DNA of 64,000 bases from NCBI RefSeq assembly GCF_009834535.1, contig NC_045696.1:73720001-73784000 (forward strand). Reading direction: 5' to 3'. The notes beneath the pieces are model-generated. The model was not told the DNA's origin and did not search any database. It saw only the letters and a list, made by a program, of their open reading frames with translations. Of this stretch, positions 1 through 13,025 are shown piece by piece; within the stretch, counting starts at the first letter, position 1; each line of letters begins with the position of its first letter. This stretch comes from Camelus ferus (taxonomy: Eukaryota). The position numbers and the translations under genes were made by a program.

Positions 1-810
1 TGCAAATATTTTCCCACAGCAGTTAGGATGAGCAAAGAGGAGTAGAGAAGAGAGAAGGGAGGAAAAAAATCAGGTCACAGCTAAGATCCAAGTCCAAATG
101 TAGAAAAATGGAAGAACTCCAAAGCTGAAGAAGAATAAGTAAGAAATTTAGGATTAGAGAATCAATGTTCATCAACTGTCCACCGGCCTGTTCCTACATG
201 AGTCAGGCCCCATCCTCAGTGAATGTACTTTAGAAAAATGTTTATTTATAAAATGTTAATTAGTTCCTCACTTTTAAAGCCCTCATAATATTGAAATGCT
301 ATATGACACGTATTCCATATGTGAGATATTAATATTCAAAACAGCCAAATGAACCAATAAAGTGTACTTTTAAAACTAGTACGTATTTGCTACATGCAGT
401 CTAGGCACAGTGATTAGCATAATTTCATGTTCACTTTTCCTAGAGGCTAGGCAAAAGATAAATCCTAGTAGTATCACTACCATCACAAGGTTTTTAATGG
501 AAATTGTATACAACTGTATGAGGGAAATATGTGGAAAACAAGCTGCATACATATTTATTCTAAATATTTAGAATAAACATGATCATGAGCTATAAACTTA
601 ACAAAAACATTTCATTTCATTACACTGCTACTTGAACACTACATATCTTTTACTGTCATTAATACAGAGTATGCTGTCACAACTATTAAGACATAGACCT
701 CAGAATCATCTCCTGCCCTCAAAGTCAAAAAGTGATGAACTAAATAATAATAAGCAAAATGTACTGGAGCACCTCAACTAGTATTACCCCCAAAAAAAAT
801 GTTTTATTAC

Positions 811-873
811 CATAACCGGAGGTGTAATTAGGGCCCCGACGACCTCTGCCTCTTCCACTATAAGACCTAGAAC
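811..873 (-). CDS. FXR1: FXR1 exon 13 (63 nt, [20 protein letters not shown])
   Basis: gtacaag acceptor, ATG|GTAATA donor. Confidence 0.95.
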
Positions 874-960
874 CTTGTACAGAAGAGACGGTACTTTCAT
901 CAGTGGCATATCCTTTCTCTTTTTCAGGCCCTCTGGTGGAAGAAGGTCTGAAACCCATAC
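874..960 (-). CDS. FXR1: FXR1 87-nt in-frame retainable intron (adds [29 protein letters not shown])
   Basis: GT...AG, 87 nt, no stop codon, contiguous ORF through exons 12-13. Confidence 0.85.
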
Positions 961-1018
961 CAATCTGTCGTAGCTGTTCATCAATCTGTAGGCGTTCCAT
1001 TCTTAGCTGTTCTACTTC
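961..1018 (-). CDS. FXR1: FXR1 exon 12 (58 nt, [23 protein letters not shown]-containing region)
   Basis: attatag acceptor, TTG|GTATGG donor; overlaps ORF 740..1000. Confidence 0.95.
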
Positions 1019-1832
1019 CTATAATCAAAACAAAAAAGTGTAAATCTTACATATATTTTTTTTGTCTTCCTAAAGCCTAGAGATCAAGCTATACTCCCTA
1101 CCAATAAAAGAGGCTGCGATCTGGGGCTGTTATTAGGTAAAGTGTAACTGTGTTCCTAGTGAATTTATGTTTTAAAATGTCCCAACCATACTAAATGCAA
1201 AAAAGACATGGACTCTCCTCCTTTAAGGGAATGTTTACAGACAAGCATCAAAATAACCTAGAGAATGTTTAACAGTCAAGTGTTAAAATAACCTGTTTAT
1301 TAAATAGCTAATGATTACACAGTATTACCAGATCTAACCCTCAAGGAGTAAAAACTGCTAAAGGAGGTAAGGTACCATTAATAACCTGCTTTCCTATCAA
1401 AATAGTGACACACTAGAGTTGTCACTTAGATGAACTGGGAGACTTGGTCATTCAGAAATTAAGGTCAGAAACAAAGGTAAGGTGTCTAGAGAAAGCGCTT
1501 GGCTAAAAGGTAGTAGAGTTGTGGAATATAAAACATGGAATGCCATATTGAATTGAGACCTAAAGATGAGTTTCAAAAGAAAGGAATGACATTATCAGGG
1601 ACACTTTCAAAATACTAACATAGCAGCAGTAGTACAAGTGACTAAAAGGAAAACATACTAGAGACAGAGCAGATGAGGTACTATATGCTAAACAAGAAAA
1701 ATACAGCACAAATAAAAATTGAGTATAAAACAACAACTCCAACTTCTAATAATTTATAGGGCATTTCTTTTAGTTCTAAAACCTTTGCTCTTTACTTACC
1801 AACTCAATAGTATATAAAGAACAACGGGTTAA

Positions 1833-1950
1833 ATGTGACAATGAATATATGTATGTTCATGTATAACTGAAAAATTGTACTCTACACTGGAATACGACAC
1901 AACATTGTAAAATGACTATAACTCAATAAAAAAAAAAGTTAAAAAAAAAA
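1833..1950 (+). mobile_element. Lineage-specific L1 3' terminal fragment
   Basis: Matches the reverse complement of the L1 3' end at ~56205-56300; aactcaataaa plus A-tail. Confidence 0.8.
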
Positions 1951-2392
1951 GAATGATGGTTAAGGATTATCAAATGATGTCTATGAGGGTACTGCATCTA
2001 ATTCAGGGAATACCAGTTATCCAGAAAAGCCCACCTTCATTCATGGTTCTGTGCCCTATTTGCATATAAAACAGAAAGGAAAAAACAAAATGGTTCCAAT
2101 ACAGAACATGTAGATACAAAAGTAATGACAGTTAAGTTACAAGAACACAAATGTGACCATGTCTTAAACAGGAAAGAAATGTAGAAGTTCAGAGGAAAAG
2201 AGAAACAATGTGCATGAAGCCAATCATTTTATTATGGCAAAGGACTCTTTATTTTTAAACTCTCATGCAGGAAAAAAGGGCAAATATGAACTCGAAATTA
2301 ACAAAAATATTTAAAGATTTAAAATTTACTACAAATATTAATTTTAAGTTTAATGTGTGGAGCAACAATATGAATGTGAACAATATACAAAC

Positions 2393-2479
2393 CTTTAGAT
2401 AAGCAATATGATACTCTAAAAGAACTTGCACATTTCCAATGCTTTCTTTAGTGCCAACAAATACAAATGGAACCATCCC
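2393..2479 (-). CDS. FXR1: FXR1 exon 11 (87 nt, [29 protein letters not shown])
   Basis: ttcttacag acceptor, AAG|GTTTGT donor; overlaps ORF 2255..2476. Confidence 0.97.
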
Positions 2480-5400
2480 CTGTAAGAAAACACAGCATCC
2501 TCAGTATTTAATATTTTTTAAAAAGTTCTAGCCTAAATATGACATATCAATATATATGGAAAAATTTTCTAAAATGAGCAGTAATTTACTTCAAAGTTTA
2601 AAAATAAACTTTTAAAATATCAATATAATTTAAAATACTGAGATTTTTCAATAAACTGCCTTATTTACACTATAATTTAGCATTTAAGTGTGCTAAAAAT
2701 TTTTAATTACTTTCTAAGTATCAGTTTATATGTTTTCTAATTTCTAATTCAATCTAATTTTCTAGTTATGGAAACCAATTTAAAAAGAAATTTTCCTTCA
2801 AATTGGCATGAATTTTCAGACTAGATACCACCTTAGTAGTGTTGCCTTAAAAGCATAATCAAACACATTAGCCAGGTTATCCCTACAATATGTGCTCAGA
2901 TAGCAGAACCTTAAGTGTCAGTGTACTAAAAGGAGTGCTTCGTGACCATTAACATAAGTATCATCTACAGACTCTAAATATTTACACGATGTAAAATAAA
3001 GGAATTACTGATGTAAGCAAATAAGTCACCAGTTATTAAAGCAAACGAAAAGATCAACCTGGACCTGGCTTATTTTACTAAATTTCAAAAGAGGAAGGTT
3101 TTAAAAAGTGGGAAGGAAGAGAAATAAGACAGCTAAATGATGGGTTTTTCCCTTTAAAGAAATACACTTCAGTTTCCTACTGGCTAAGGGAAATGAGTAT
3201 AGCCTAAGTAAACTTACCCAGTTGCGATGTCTTTCCTTACTTTCCTGATTGTACAGAACAGTTCCTAACAGTTATTTTAAACATGGGAGACTAAAAAGAA
3301 GAATCGCACTAGGGCAGGTACTAAGGCTACAGTACAAAGCACAGCTATTGTGGAGCCTAGTGACTAAAGAAGTAACTACAACTAGGAAGGCATAAATAAG
3401 GGACTCTAAAGTGAAAAAAGTCTTGACCCTGTCCTCAGGAATTCACAGGTAGATAATACAGGATACAAAGTGAGTAAGAGATGGGGGTGGGAAGAGAGAG
3501 CTAAAAACTTTTAAGCATGTATCGTATTTCCAAGAGTGTATTATTTACGTTCATCATTTAATGTTCATTAAAGTCACTTTAAGAAATATCTCAATTTTAC
3601 AGCTGAGAAAACAATTTGCCCATAGTCGTAAAATCAGCAACTGAGCCAGCCAATTTCATATCCAGTCACCTAATTCCAAATAACATCCACTTGTTAACTG
3701 CCAGAATCTATGTTAAGGAATAAGAACAAAGTCCCTGTTCTAAAGGTAACCATAACCTCAGAAAGGATACTAAACATTCCTATAATACTACTGTACAGCA
3801 TTAGTGATAGGAATTAAAAAAATGGCAATATTAGGTGGAATGTGAAATTATGCCACCCCCAGATGTGGAAATTTAGGGGAATTCATCAGAGTATTATCCA
3901 TTTAAAGTGAATATTAAAAACAACTAGAATTTTACCAAGTAGATAAAGATGGGATATTCATTCCAGACAATCAATCTGCAAGGATTACGAGAAATAAAAT
4001 GCCTTAACCCTGAACTGGCGATATTATCACCAATAGTTACCTTCAAAGAAAAGGAGAGGTAAAAAGGCATCCTTAATGGTGTATATTTTATACAATACTT
4101 TGATGGCTATTATAAACCATAACAAAAACATCTGGAATAAAGAGTAGGTGATTATTACTGCATATAAGCATTCACATCTAAGTAATTCCAGTGAACTTTC
4201 TAGATTAAAAAAATTTTAACTGATTATTTACAGTTAATAGATGACACTGAGACAAACAACTAGCACTCAGAAAAAAATTAAAGCTTATCCCTGCTCCCGA
4301 TACATTATACGAAACAATTTCTAATTGGAGAGAAAAATTTAGTCATTAAAAGAAAAACAAACTCAAACTGGAGGGGAAAATATAAATGCGATTCTGAATG
4401 ATCTACAGGTAGGAAAGACTTTGCCAAACAACATATAAAATGCACAAGTCATAAGGCAAAAGTCAGAAAAAAAAAATCCAGTACAAAAAAATTTGAATGC
4501 CTGCACAGGAACAAAAAAAAAGTCAAAAGAAACAAATATTTGCCACATACATGAAAAGAGAAAAGACTAACTTCCACCAAATACAAAAAGCTCTTACAAT
4601 TCAGTAACAAAAAAGACAAAAAACATGTAAAGGACAATATGCTTTCAGAAAATGCCTTTCAAGCAAACGGAAAGGTAACACGTATATCTTCTGGAATGGC
4701 ACTAATTAAAGTTTGATAAAACCCCAATATTGGCAAACGTGGAAACTAGACATTTCCTATACTGGTGGAAGGAATGTGTGGGAAAACTAACAAGATCTAA
4801 AAATTTAAACGCCCTTTGATCTAACAAATGCACTTCCAGGAATTCACTCTCCAGTCACAAGGAACCTTTGCTGCAGCATTGTTTTTAACAGTGAAAGACA
4901 TGAAAAGGCAACCTGACAACAGTCTTAAATCTATTAGGCATGATGGAGAAAGACAGACATGGACAGGACACAAATATATTTTTACACTCTACTCGAGTTA
5001 TTCTTTCACATAAACCTATTTCTTTACAATTAAAAACTCAAACTTATCCTTTAAAAAATCTTAATAAACTCATAAGATATTTATCAGGTGTCTACTCTAT
5101 ACAGTTCACTGTGCTAGGAAAGAATGGAGAACATGAGAATTCAGATTTAATTTTTTGACTTCAAGGAGATCATAACGTGGCTTGGAGACACAAGATAAAC
5201 CAGAAAACAACACATAAAGCTTAAAGAAAATATTAAATACACAATTACACAGACAATAAAGGCTGCAGTTACAGGTGGGAAAGGTCATTTCAGGCCACAG
5301 GTAAATTAGCAAAGACTTCAAAGGAAACAAGTTATAAACTGACTCTCCAGGGGAGTTAGTTTAAGTTGTGAAATAGTGGCTCTAAATAAGTCAGTATTAG

Positions 5401-7075
5401 CCTTCTAGATATAACATGCAATCTTTTGAAAATTGAAAAATTTTTGTGTATTATTGGTTTCATCTTAAAAATATTGGAAGATACAGCAACACATAATACA
5501 TGCATTCCTACATGGCAACCAGATTAAACCTGAGCAGCATCTGCTTCTTTTACAGAAAGACACAATGTGCCCTCCCATCACTATCTTGTGCTTCCCAACC
5601 TGCTTAATCATTTACATAATCTGTTTGGTATGTTTAAGCATTTTAATTTCTTAGCCCTGGCAGAGAAATGGCAGTGACAATGACCAAAACTATAAACACA
5701 GGAAAGTACAATAACTTCTTAATTTATGAAGGAGGACCTGAAAAGAACTAGCTTGCAACAAGACAGTAAATACTGGAAAACAACTGGGAATAGAATAAGT
5801 CAAGCTAAGGGAAAACCAGATATTAGGATCAAGCTAAGAAATTTATAGCCGAGTCAAATGACCCTGGTCAGTAAACATCTTGATCTTCAGATCAATTTTA
5901 GGCAGTAGCTGTATGCCAAATGGATGACATATTTTACATATTAAGTATAAATGGGGAAAGCACCAATTTTTAATAATATAACACCACCGATTTTAACCAT
6001 TATGTCAAAGGCATCTTTAAGTCATGAAAAATGGGGTCACCCCCTCCACCACGTGGGGCATAGTGTTTGCTTTACAGGAGGTTAAAATTACTTGAGGTTT
6101 ACGGCAATTTTTGAAGCAGTGTAGGATGAAATCAATCCACAAGAACTCATTTGTATAACACTAAGTTAATTCTTTCCCTCATTCATTTCTAAGTGTATAT
6201 TTATCTCTACATTCTAACTAATTAAAAGGAATAAAGGAAATGGCTATCTTTCAAAGGTATCTTTACAGCATTCAATAATTAGCGTGAAGCTATTTATCTG
6301 AACTAATGCCTGCAGTTCTCTTTCTCCCTCTCCCTCTTTTTTCTGTCTTTAACAAGACTTATCCTATTCAACAGGCTAACAATCTCTTCAAATAGTTATC
6401 TATTGTACAAAACTGAAGAAGATGCGAGCATACTACTTTCTGGGAGGTAATTTGGGAGGGAAATCCTTCCCTTGTATTCAGACATACAACTATATACAGA
6501 GTTGACCACTAGAGTCACAAAGGTGAGAAATGTTGAAAGTAAACAAATGAAAAGTAAAACACAGTTCTGTGAACAAAACATCAAAATGTAAGAAAACTGA
6601 AGAAATTACAGAAAGTTATCAGAATTAAGAGCAATATAAAGCTTCAAGATTTCAATAAAGAAATGGTCAGAGCTTTCAAATTCTTTAAAAAAAAAAAGTC
6701 AAAGAAAGTGTTACTAAGAATTCCTTTACAGCAGACTGTTTTAGAGTATCAAATTTTACAGCTTGACACTCCAAAAAAGAAACAGAACTGTTAAGATTAT
6801 CAAACTGAAGCATTTTTATCAAAAAGTAGCTTTTTTACTGAAGTACTGAGAAACCAACCAAGAGCCCAAGGCCCGCAACTGAAATATGACTTGTTTTCTA
6901 AGTGTATAAAGCAATATTATAAGGAACAGAATTTTTTTAAAAGAAAAATCTGCTGCAGAGTGTAAGTAGTTCACTGGATATAACTTTCCTACAACTCTGA
7001 AACTGTAACATTGTAAGTAAACCAAGAAAACATGGAAAAAAAAAAAAGACGAATTAAATTATTTTAAATACTTAC

Positions 7076-7185
7076 ATCTTCTCTAGGCAGTTTATTTTCA
7101 TTGTCTCCTTCAATTCTCACCCGAACCACACCAGATTTGTCCACTATTTCTTGAATAACTTTGCCATTTTTCCCAATTACTTTTC
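7076..7185 (-). CDS. FXR1: FXR1 exon 10 (110 nt, KH2: [37 protein letters not shown])
   Basis: GxxG loop IGKNG; acceptor ttattaaag (AAG type), GTAAGT donor. Confidence 0.97.
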
Positions 7186-10100
7186 CTTTAATAAGAAGAA
7201 ACAAATATAATGATAAGTTAAAAACCAATATTATCATTTCAACACCAGCCCAAATAATTTATGACTTGCTATCAAATTAGAAAAACCAAGCAAAGCTCCA
7301 CCTTGTCACTCTCAGAGTGAGGAATTTTATCCTTGGTCTGAAACCAGCTTCTCTTCAGTACACCTAAGGTTACTACTATTAACTGGGATTCATAGTGCTG
7401 CTCACGTGAGACATTTTCAAAGTCTTAAGTATTTTTCAATATGTTCTGTATCATTTTTATATTTTTATAATATCAAGCCCAACCCATTTCAAAAGCTTGG
7501 AAATATAAATGAAGACAGAAAGAAAACTTATTTTGGCATTAATCATATCAATTTATTACATATTACATATATTATTCAAACAACTAATAAATTCAATCTT
7601 GCATTTATTTTCAAGTTCCTATTTGTTTAAAAGACACCTAGGACTTGAAGATTCTTATAAAATGAATATTCTCTTCACAGAAATAAAATGTTTACATTTA
7701 ACAAGCATTACATTCTATACCCATAAATTCTTAAACTACTTCACAGATATGCAACTACATACAACATGTATATGTTTTGCTGTCTTTCTAGATATGAAAT
7801 ACTGTAAAATGAAATAAAATTCAAATTATTTACCTTCATCACACTTTGTAAGTCTGTCAAATAGCAGTTATTGAGTATCCAACAATTAAAGGAGAACATG
7901 AAGATGCTCTTCCCCTTAGGAACGCACTTGTTATAAAGCTAACACACACTCAAATAACAAAGCAATACTGAGTAGTGTTACCTGGTAACAAAAGTAAATA
8001 TTCAGGTAACCACCACTATATGGAATAGATGTATCCCTTATAGTTAACAGCAATACCATATTTGTTATTAAGTCCCAGTTCTCAATTAATTAAATTTTTA
8101 TACTATATCAGCAATTTATTAGGACAATAAATTTCGGTTGAAAGAGGTTAAAATGGAAGTATTTCCTATTGCATGCTTAAGAGAACAGTTTCCAATAAAG
8201 AATAAATAAAGGAACAATGGCAAAAGTAAGCCAGCCAATACAGCAGACACTATTATAGGATTTTCTATCCCTAGTCTCAAACCTCCTTCCCCAGTAACCC
8301 TAAATTTAAAAGCAGCAGCAACTGAGAGGGAAAAAGAAAAAGAGTAGGAGAGGAAATTCACATGATGTACGTCTTCTCTGAGTAGCCCTAGCAGCATCAT
8401 ACAAAAGCAACCTTCATGTTAACAGTGACGCTCAAGCAGCAACTCCATCCTTGACCCTGCTAAAAATAAGCAAATATCTTTTCGAAAATACAAAAGTCAG
8501 GTTGATATATCATAATCACTCCCCAAAATCTTTGCCCCTTCCTTCTTGTGAACTGTACCAGTGGTGAGTGAACATTCATCATCCTTCTGGGGTCCATGGC
8601 AAGGATCTAGTTGACAGTTTTATTTAGTCCCACCAGAGACTGTTAATATTTTAACTGATCATTTCCACAGTTCAAATTTCAAAGCATACTGACAAATTGA
8701 AGCAGACCTGTAGTATAATTTGAGCATTGAGCATAAATGCTGAAGGGACAGAGTAGAGAAGTGATTAAGGAAGGCTTCCAGAAGTTGAAAGGTTTCAATT
8801 CACTTTCAAACCAATTATCATATAATAAATTTCTTTTGATTTGGGAGGGATGGGAATTTTTGGTCAAAGTCTAGAACTCTTAAAACCTGAATATGTATGG
8901 AAAACCTCTCTGCTCTGTAACTTACCCAAGCAGTCCTCATTCTCTTTTACTCCTCAGTCCTCTTTTTCTCTTTCACTTGAACTAAGAATGCACTATTTTT
9001 TGAAAGGCTGCTTCACCCATAAAACACTTGAGACAAATGTAGTATTATTATACACAAAAAACAATTGAAGTTTTCCACTACTTTTGAGTATTTCACCAAC
9101 ACATGTAATACTCACTAATACGTATTTCCTAAACAGTAAACACATAACCCCTAATCACCAAAGCCAACCAAGCCAGAATAGAGGGGAAAAAAGAAAAAGG
9201 ACTGGACCTAACAATACATAGATAAAATGAATAAAAAGAATCTGAGAGCTACAAATACATCCAACTTCCTTATTTCTGAAGTATCAGGAATTTTTACTCA
9301 AAACTAACATTACCAAAAATTCAACACCAAGGCTATCTTCTATTGAATTGTTGGGTTGGAAACAACACTGACTCCCTTGGAAACACTCACCTCCAAATCA
9401 TTTTTACAAGAAATCTAAATTAAATTATGTTCTGTAAAAGGAGCAACCACAATGTTAGTATGTCAGTGATGGAGTATGATTTAAGTAAAGGGGATCATTT
9501 TCAAAAGCAGCTTTCTCATCAAAGATGTTTTCATTTGACAAAAATAAGCATTTGGTAACATTCTATTATATTAACATTTATTAAAATTATACAGAATTCA
9601 TGAAGCTTATATTCAATTTTAACATATCAACTCATTTCTCCAGCAACTCAGTGTACAGTGAACAACAGTTTCCAAGAACAGATAAAAGTGGAGCTTAGTT
9701 AACTGGCAAGATGTCATACCCATCCAAATGTGGGGGCAGAAGTGAAAAGCTTTTTAGATAACCAACAGTTGAACACAAAAAACTATCCAAATTCTTGTGT
9801 TGTGGACTACTGTTTCAAGTACACTACTTGTTACTGGCCAAAACAAACATCTTTTTTTTTACAGTGGAAGTGTACTGTTTTTTTAAATCTTCTCCTACTG
9901 ATGTTTTGACCGAAAAACACATACAGAATTCTTTTCCTAAAGCCAGAACAGAAGTAACTATATATAAATGGAGCCCAAGCGGCTCTCTTTTACTAAGGTC
10001 AAAAAACTAATCAATAGATAATCCTCTCCTCCCTCCAAAAAAAAAAAAAAAAAAAATCATTCCCCTAGTAAACTTCACTACTTTATGTTGATGCTTATTT

Positions 10101-10865
10101 TTATATTAAACTTTCAGAATAATCAGAGTATTTAACATGTGACTAAAGTGTTCCCATATGTTTCAAACAGCATTTAAAAGGGCAGCACAGATATAGGGGA
10201 TGTTAATAATAAAGCTATTAAACAACTAATCCCAAGCTATAATGCTGTAACTTCAGCTTCAAATTCAAAAACTTTTGTAACTTAATTTACAACCCATGGG
10301 GTACAGTGATTTTCATTAACAGTGTCAAAAACTTTATAGTGAAACCTCCCCTTATATCCTTCTCTCCTGCCCGTGACTTCTTACCTTATTCTATGTCTTT
10401 GCAACAACCAATTATTATTTATTCAGGGCCTACTGTGTAGAAGTTTATTACCCTATTGTTAGTCCACTCATTTTTTCTTCTGCACTAAACAAAAGAAAAA
10501 AATTATCACAAATACCTTCTCAAAAAGTACTATGACAATTTTGATGGATAAATAAAAGATAAAAAGACATGAAGCAAATGACAAGAAAGAGCTCAAAGGA
10601 TGGAGAGGCTTAAGAAAAACTAATGACAAACTTATAAAAATTGTAAGTCTTATTAGTGGGTCACTCTGTACAGAAGAAAACATTTTAACATGACAATAAT
10701 GAGATACAAGTAACATACATTATTATAAAAGAAGAAAAGGAAAAGAAAAACACTCCACATAACTTTAAGTGAAATAAGGTATCACAAAAGACTAATTGTC
10801 AATTAAGTCACTGTGTGTAATTAAGTAACATTTAACTTATTTAACATTTAGTAGAAGTTACTTAC

Positions 10866-10944
10866 CAACAAGATTCCTAGGAACCTGAATAAAATCCTCC
10901 ACAAATTCCAAGAAACCTCTAGCCTTTTTCACAGCATCAGCACT
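10866..10944 (-). CDS. FXR1: FXR1 exon 9 (79 nt, [26 protein letters not shown])
   Basis: cccttacag acceptor, GTAAGT donor. Confidence 0.97.
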
Positions 10945-11589
10945 CTGTAAGGGGGTGGAGGAGGGACACAAACATGAAATACAACCCTGAAGAAACCCAC
11001 AATCCATAAAACACAAAAAATGAGAAAAAAAACCTTATGCTCTAATACAAGATTCTGCTCAGCCCACCAGTGACATTTCAAATCAAGTAATTCATGAAGT
11101 TTTTTTTAAGTCAGAGTAATTATTAAATGGATACGAAAAAAGTCTATTAGAATCAAAATGTTAGATATCCCTAAGGTCCCTTTTAAGCTCCTGAGAAAAT
11201 GAGCAAAAGAGTCTAACTTACTTAATCCTAAATACATCTGGCCCATACTCCTATGCTGAATTTCTCCAGGTGGATGTTATAACTCAATTGTTCATATTAT
11301 CTGTACTGTCTGCACTGATTTTTTTCATTCTCACCATTAGAAATGACTTAAAAGACTGTTTTTACAGCAATGCATTTTTTTAAGTTCGTATTGATAATAC
11401 CATTTAAATTCCTAATTTTTAATGGGTACAATTTTAAAAGACTAAAAGATAGGGGGGGTACCTCTCTAAAAGGAATGTATAGTTCTCTGTAAGTTAACTT
11501 TCACTTTAATGTTTGCCCTTTAATAACCATAAATCAAGTATATTGTGTGCTCACTATATCATACACAACAAAAAATTTAAAACTGTATT

Positions 11590-11762
11590 TAACTCTCCTA
11601 AACTGTAAGGTAAGCACTATTATTATTCTCATTTTACAATAAGGAAAACTACACAAGGAAGCTGAGTAACTTTCTCCAAGCCCTCTCAAAGTGGTAGAGG
11701 CAGAATTCTAATTCAGGCAGTATAGCTCTAAAGCCTTTCATCTTAATTACTTTGTTATACTG
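11590..11762 (-). mobile_element. MIR SINE
   Basis: attattctcattttacaataaggaaaact MIR core in antisense. Confidence 0.7.
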
Positions 11763-12325
11763 CCCACTTCTAAAGATTTCAGAAATAAAAATCAGGCCAC
11801 TATTCAGATTTACTGTATGACTCAAATGAAAAGTCAAGACTTGAAATTATCACTCCAAAAAACCTCATTCATTTATTCTAATGTGAAGGATGGTCTCAAT
11901 GACAAAAAGTTTATTTTTCAGATTTATTATTTTCCTGTCCACACAAATGTCACAAGTAACCAACGACAAATTACTACTCAAATTCAAGTTCCATAAAAGC
12001 TATTCTATTATATGCTATTTACAACTGTCAGTGCCTGACACATAGTAAGCACTCAAAAAATATTTGAATAAATTATTTGTAATGCACATAAAACAGAGTA
12101 AAATTCAAAAGCAGCTGGTTGGTTAAGGAACTTCTGAAAATAGTACACAATAAATACTCAGCAAATATTTCAATGCCCCATAAAACACAGTATCTTCAAT
12201 CTACCTACATACATGTACCGATTGCTGGGCTGACTGGTTTTAAAGTATTTTACCAGGAAACTGAATTTCTAAACAATAGTTAATGTTATCGTAAAAGCTA
12301 CCCAACGTAGGGGACAGCAGCTTAC

Positions 12326-12496
12326 CTCTCCATAGATTCTAAATGTTCCAGTATCTTCATCTAGCTCAATAGCTGTAACTCCAGGAACCTTCCTAGCTTG
12401 CTGTATATTACTACCATGCGTTCCTATCGCCAGGCCCATCAAATCTTCTCTCACAACAAATTCCTCATGAAAAGCTGCTGCAAGTTGTTTTGTGCA
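12326..12496 (-). CDS. FXR1: FXR1 exon 8 (171 nt, KH1: [57 protein letters not shown])
   Basis: GxxG loop IGTHG; tttactag acceptor, GTAAGC donor; overlaps ORF 12269..12454. Confidence 0.98.
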
Positions 12497-12554
12497 CTAG
12501 TAAAAGAGGCAAATTAGAATTTATTATAAAAGATCAGAAAAAATAAAATTTTTG

Positions 12555-13025
12555 TATACCCATGTTCATAGCATTATTCACAACAGTCAAGAGGTGGAAG
12601 CAACCCAAATAAATGTCCACTGACTAATGAATGGATAAACAAAATGTGATATATATTCATACAACACAGTATTATTCAACCTTATAAAGAAAATTCTGAT
12701 ACATGCTACATACAACATGGACCAGCACTGAGGACAGTATGCTTAGTGAAATAAGCCAGTCACAAAAAGACAAATACAGGCTTATTCCCTTATATAAGGT
12801 ATTCACGGTAGTCAAATTTATAGAAACAAGGTAGAACAGTGGTTGCCTGGAGCTGGGGGGAAGGGGAAATGGGAAATTGTTTAATGGACATAGTTTCAGT
12901 TTTGCAATATGAAAAGGTTCTGTAGATTGATCAATAATATGAATACACTTAACACTATGAAATGCACACTGAAAAATGGTTACTTAGGATGGCAACTTTA
13001 TTTCACCACAGTTAAAAAAAAGAAC
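12555..13025 (+). mobile_element. L1MB-like 3' end
   Basis: cccatgttcatagcattattcacaacagtcaagaggtggaagcaacccaaat...gaatggataaacaaaatgtg...gttttgcaatatgaaaaggttctg...A-tail. Confidence 0.8.

Noticed and set aside
7834..7853. 20-nt micro-exon in intron 9 (tttgacag|...AAG|GTAAAT)
   Set aside because: Poor pyrimidine tract and no additional support.
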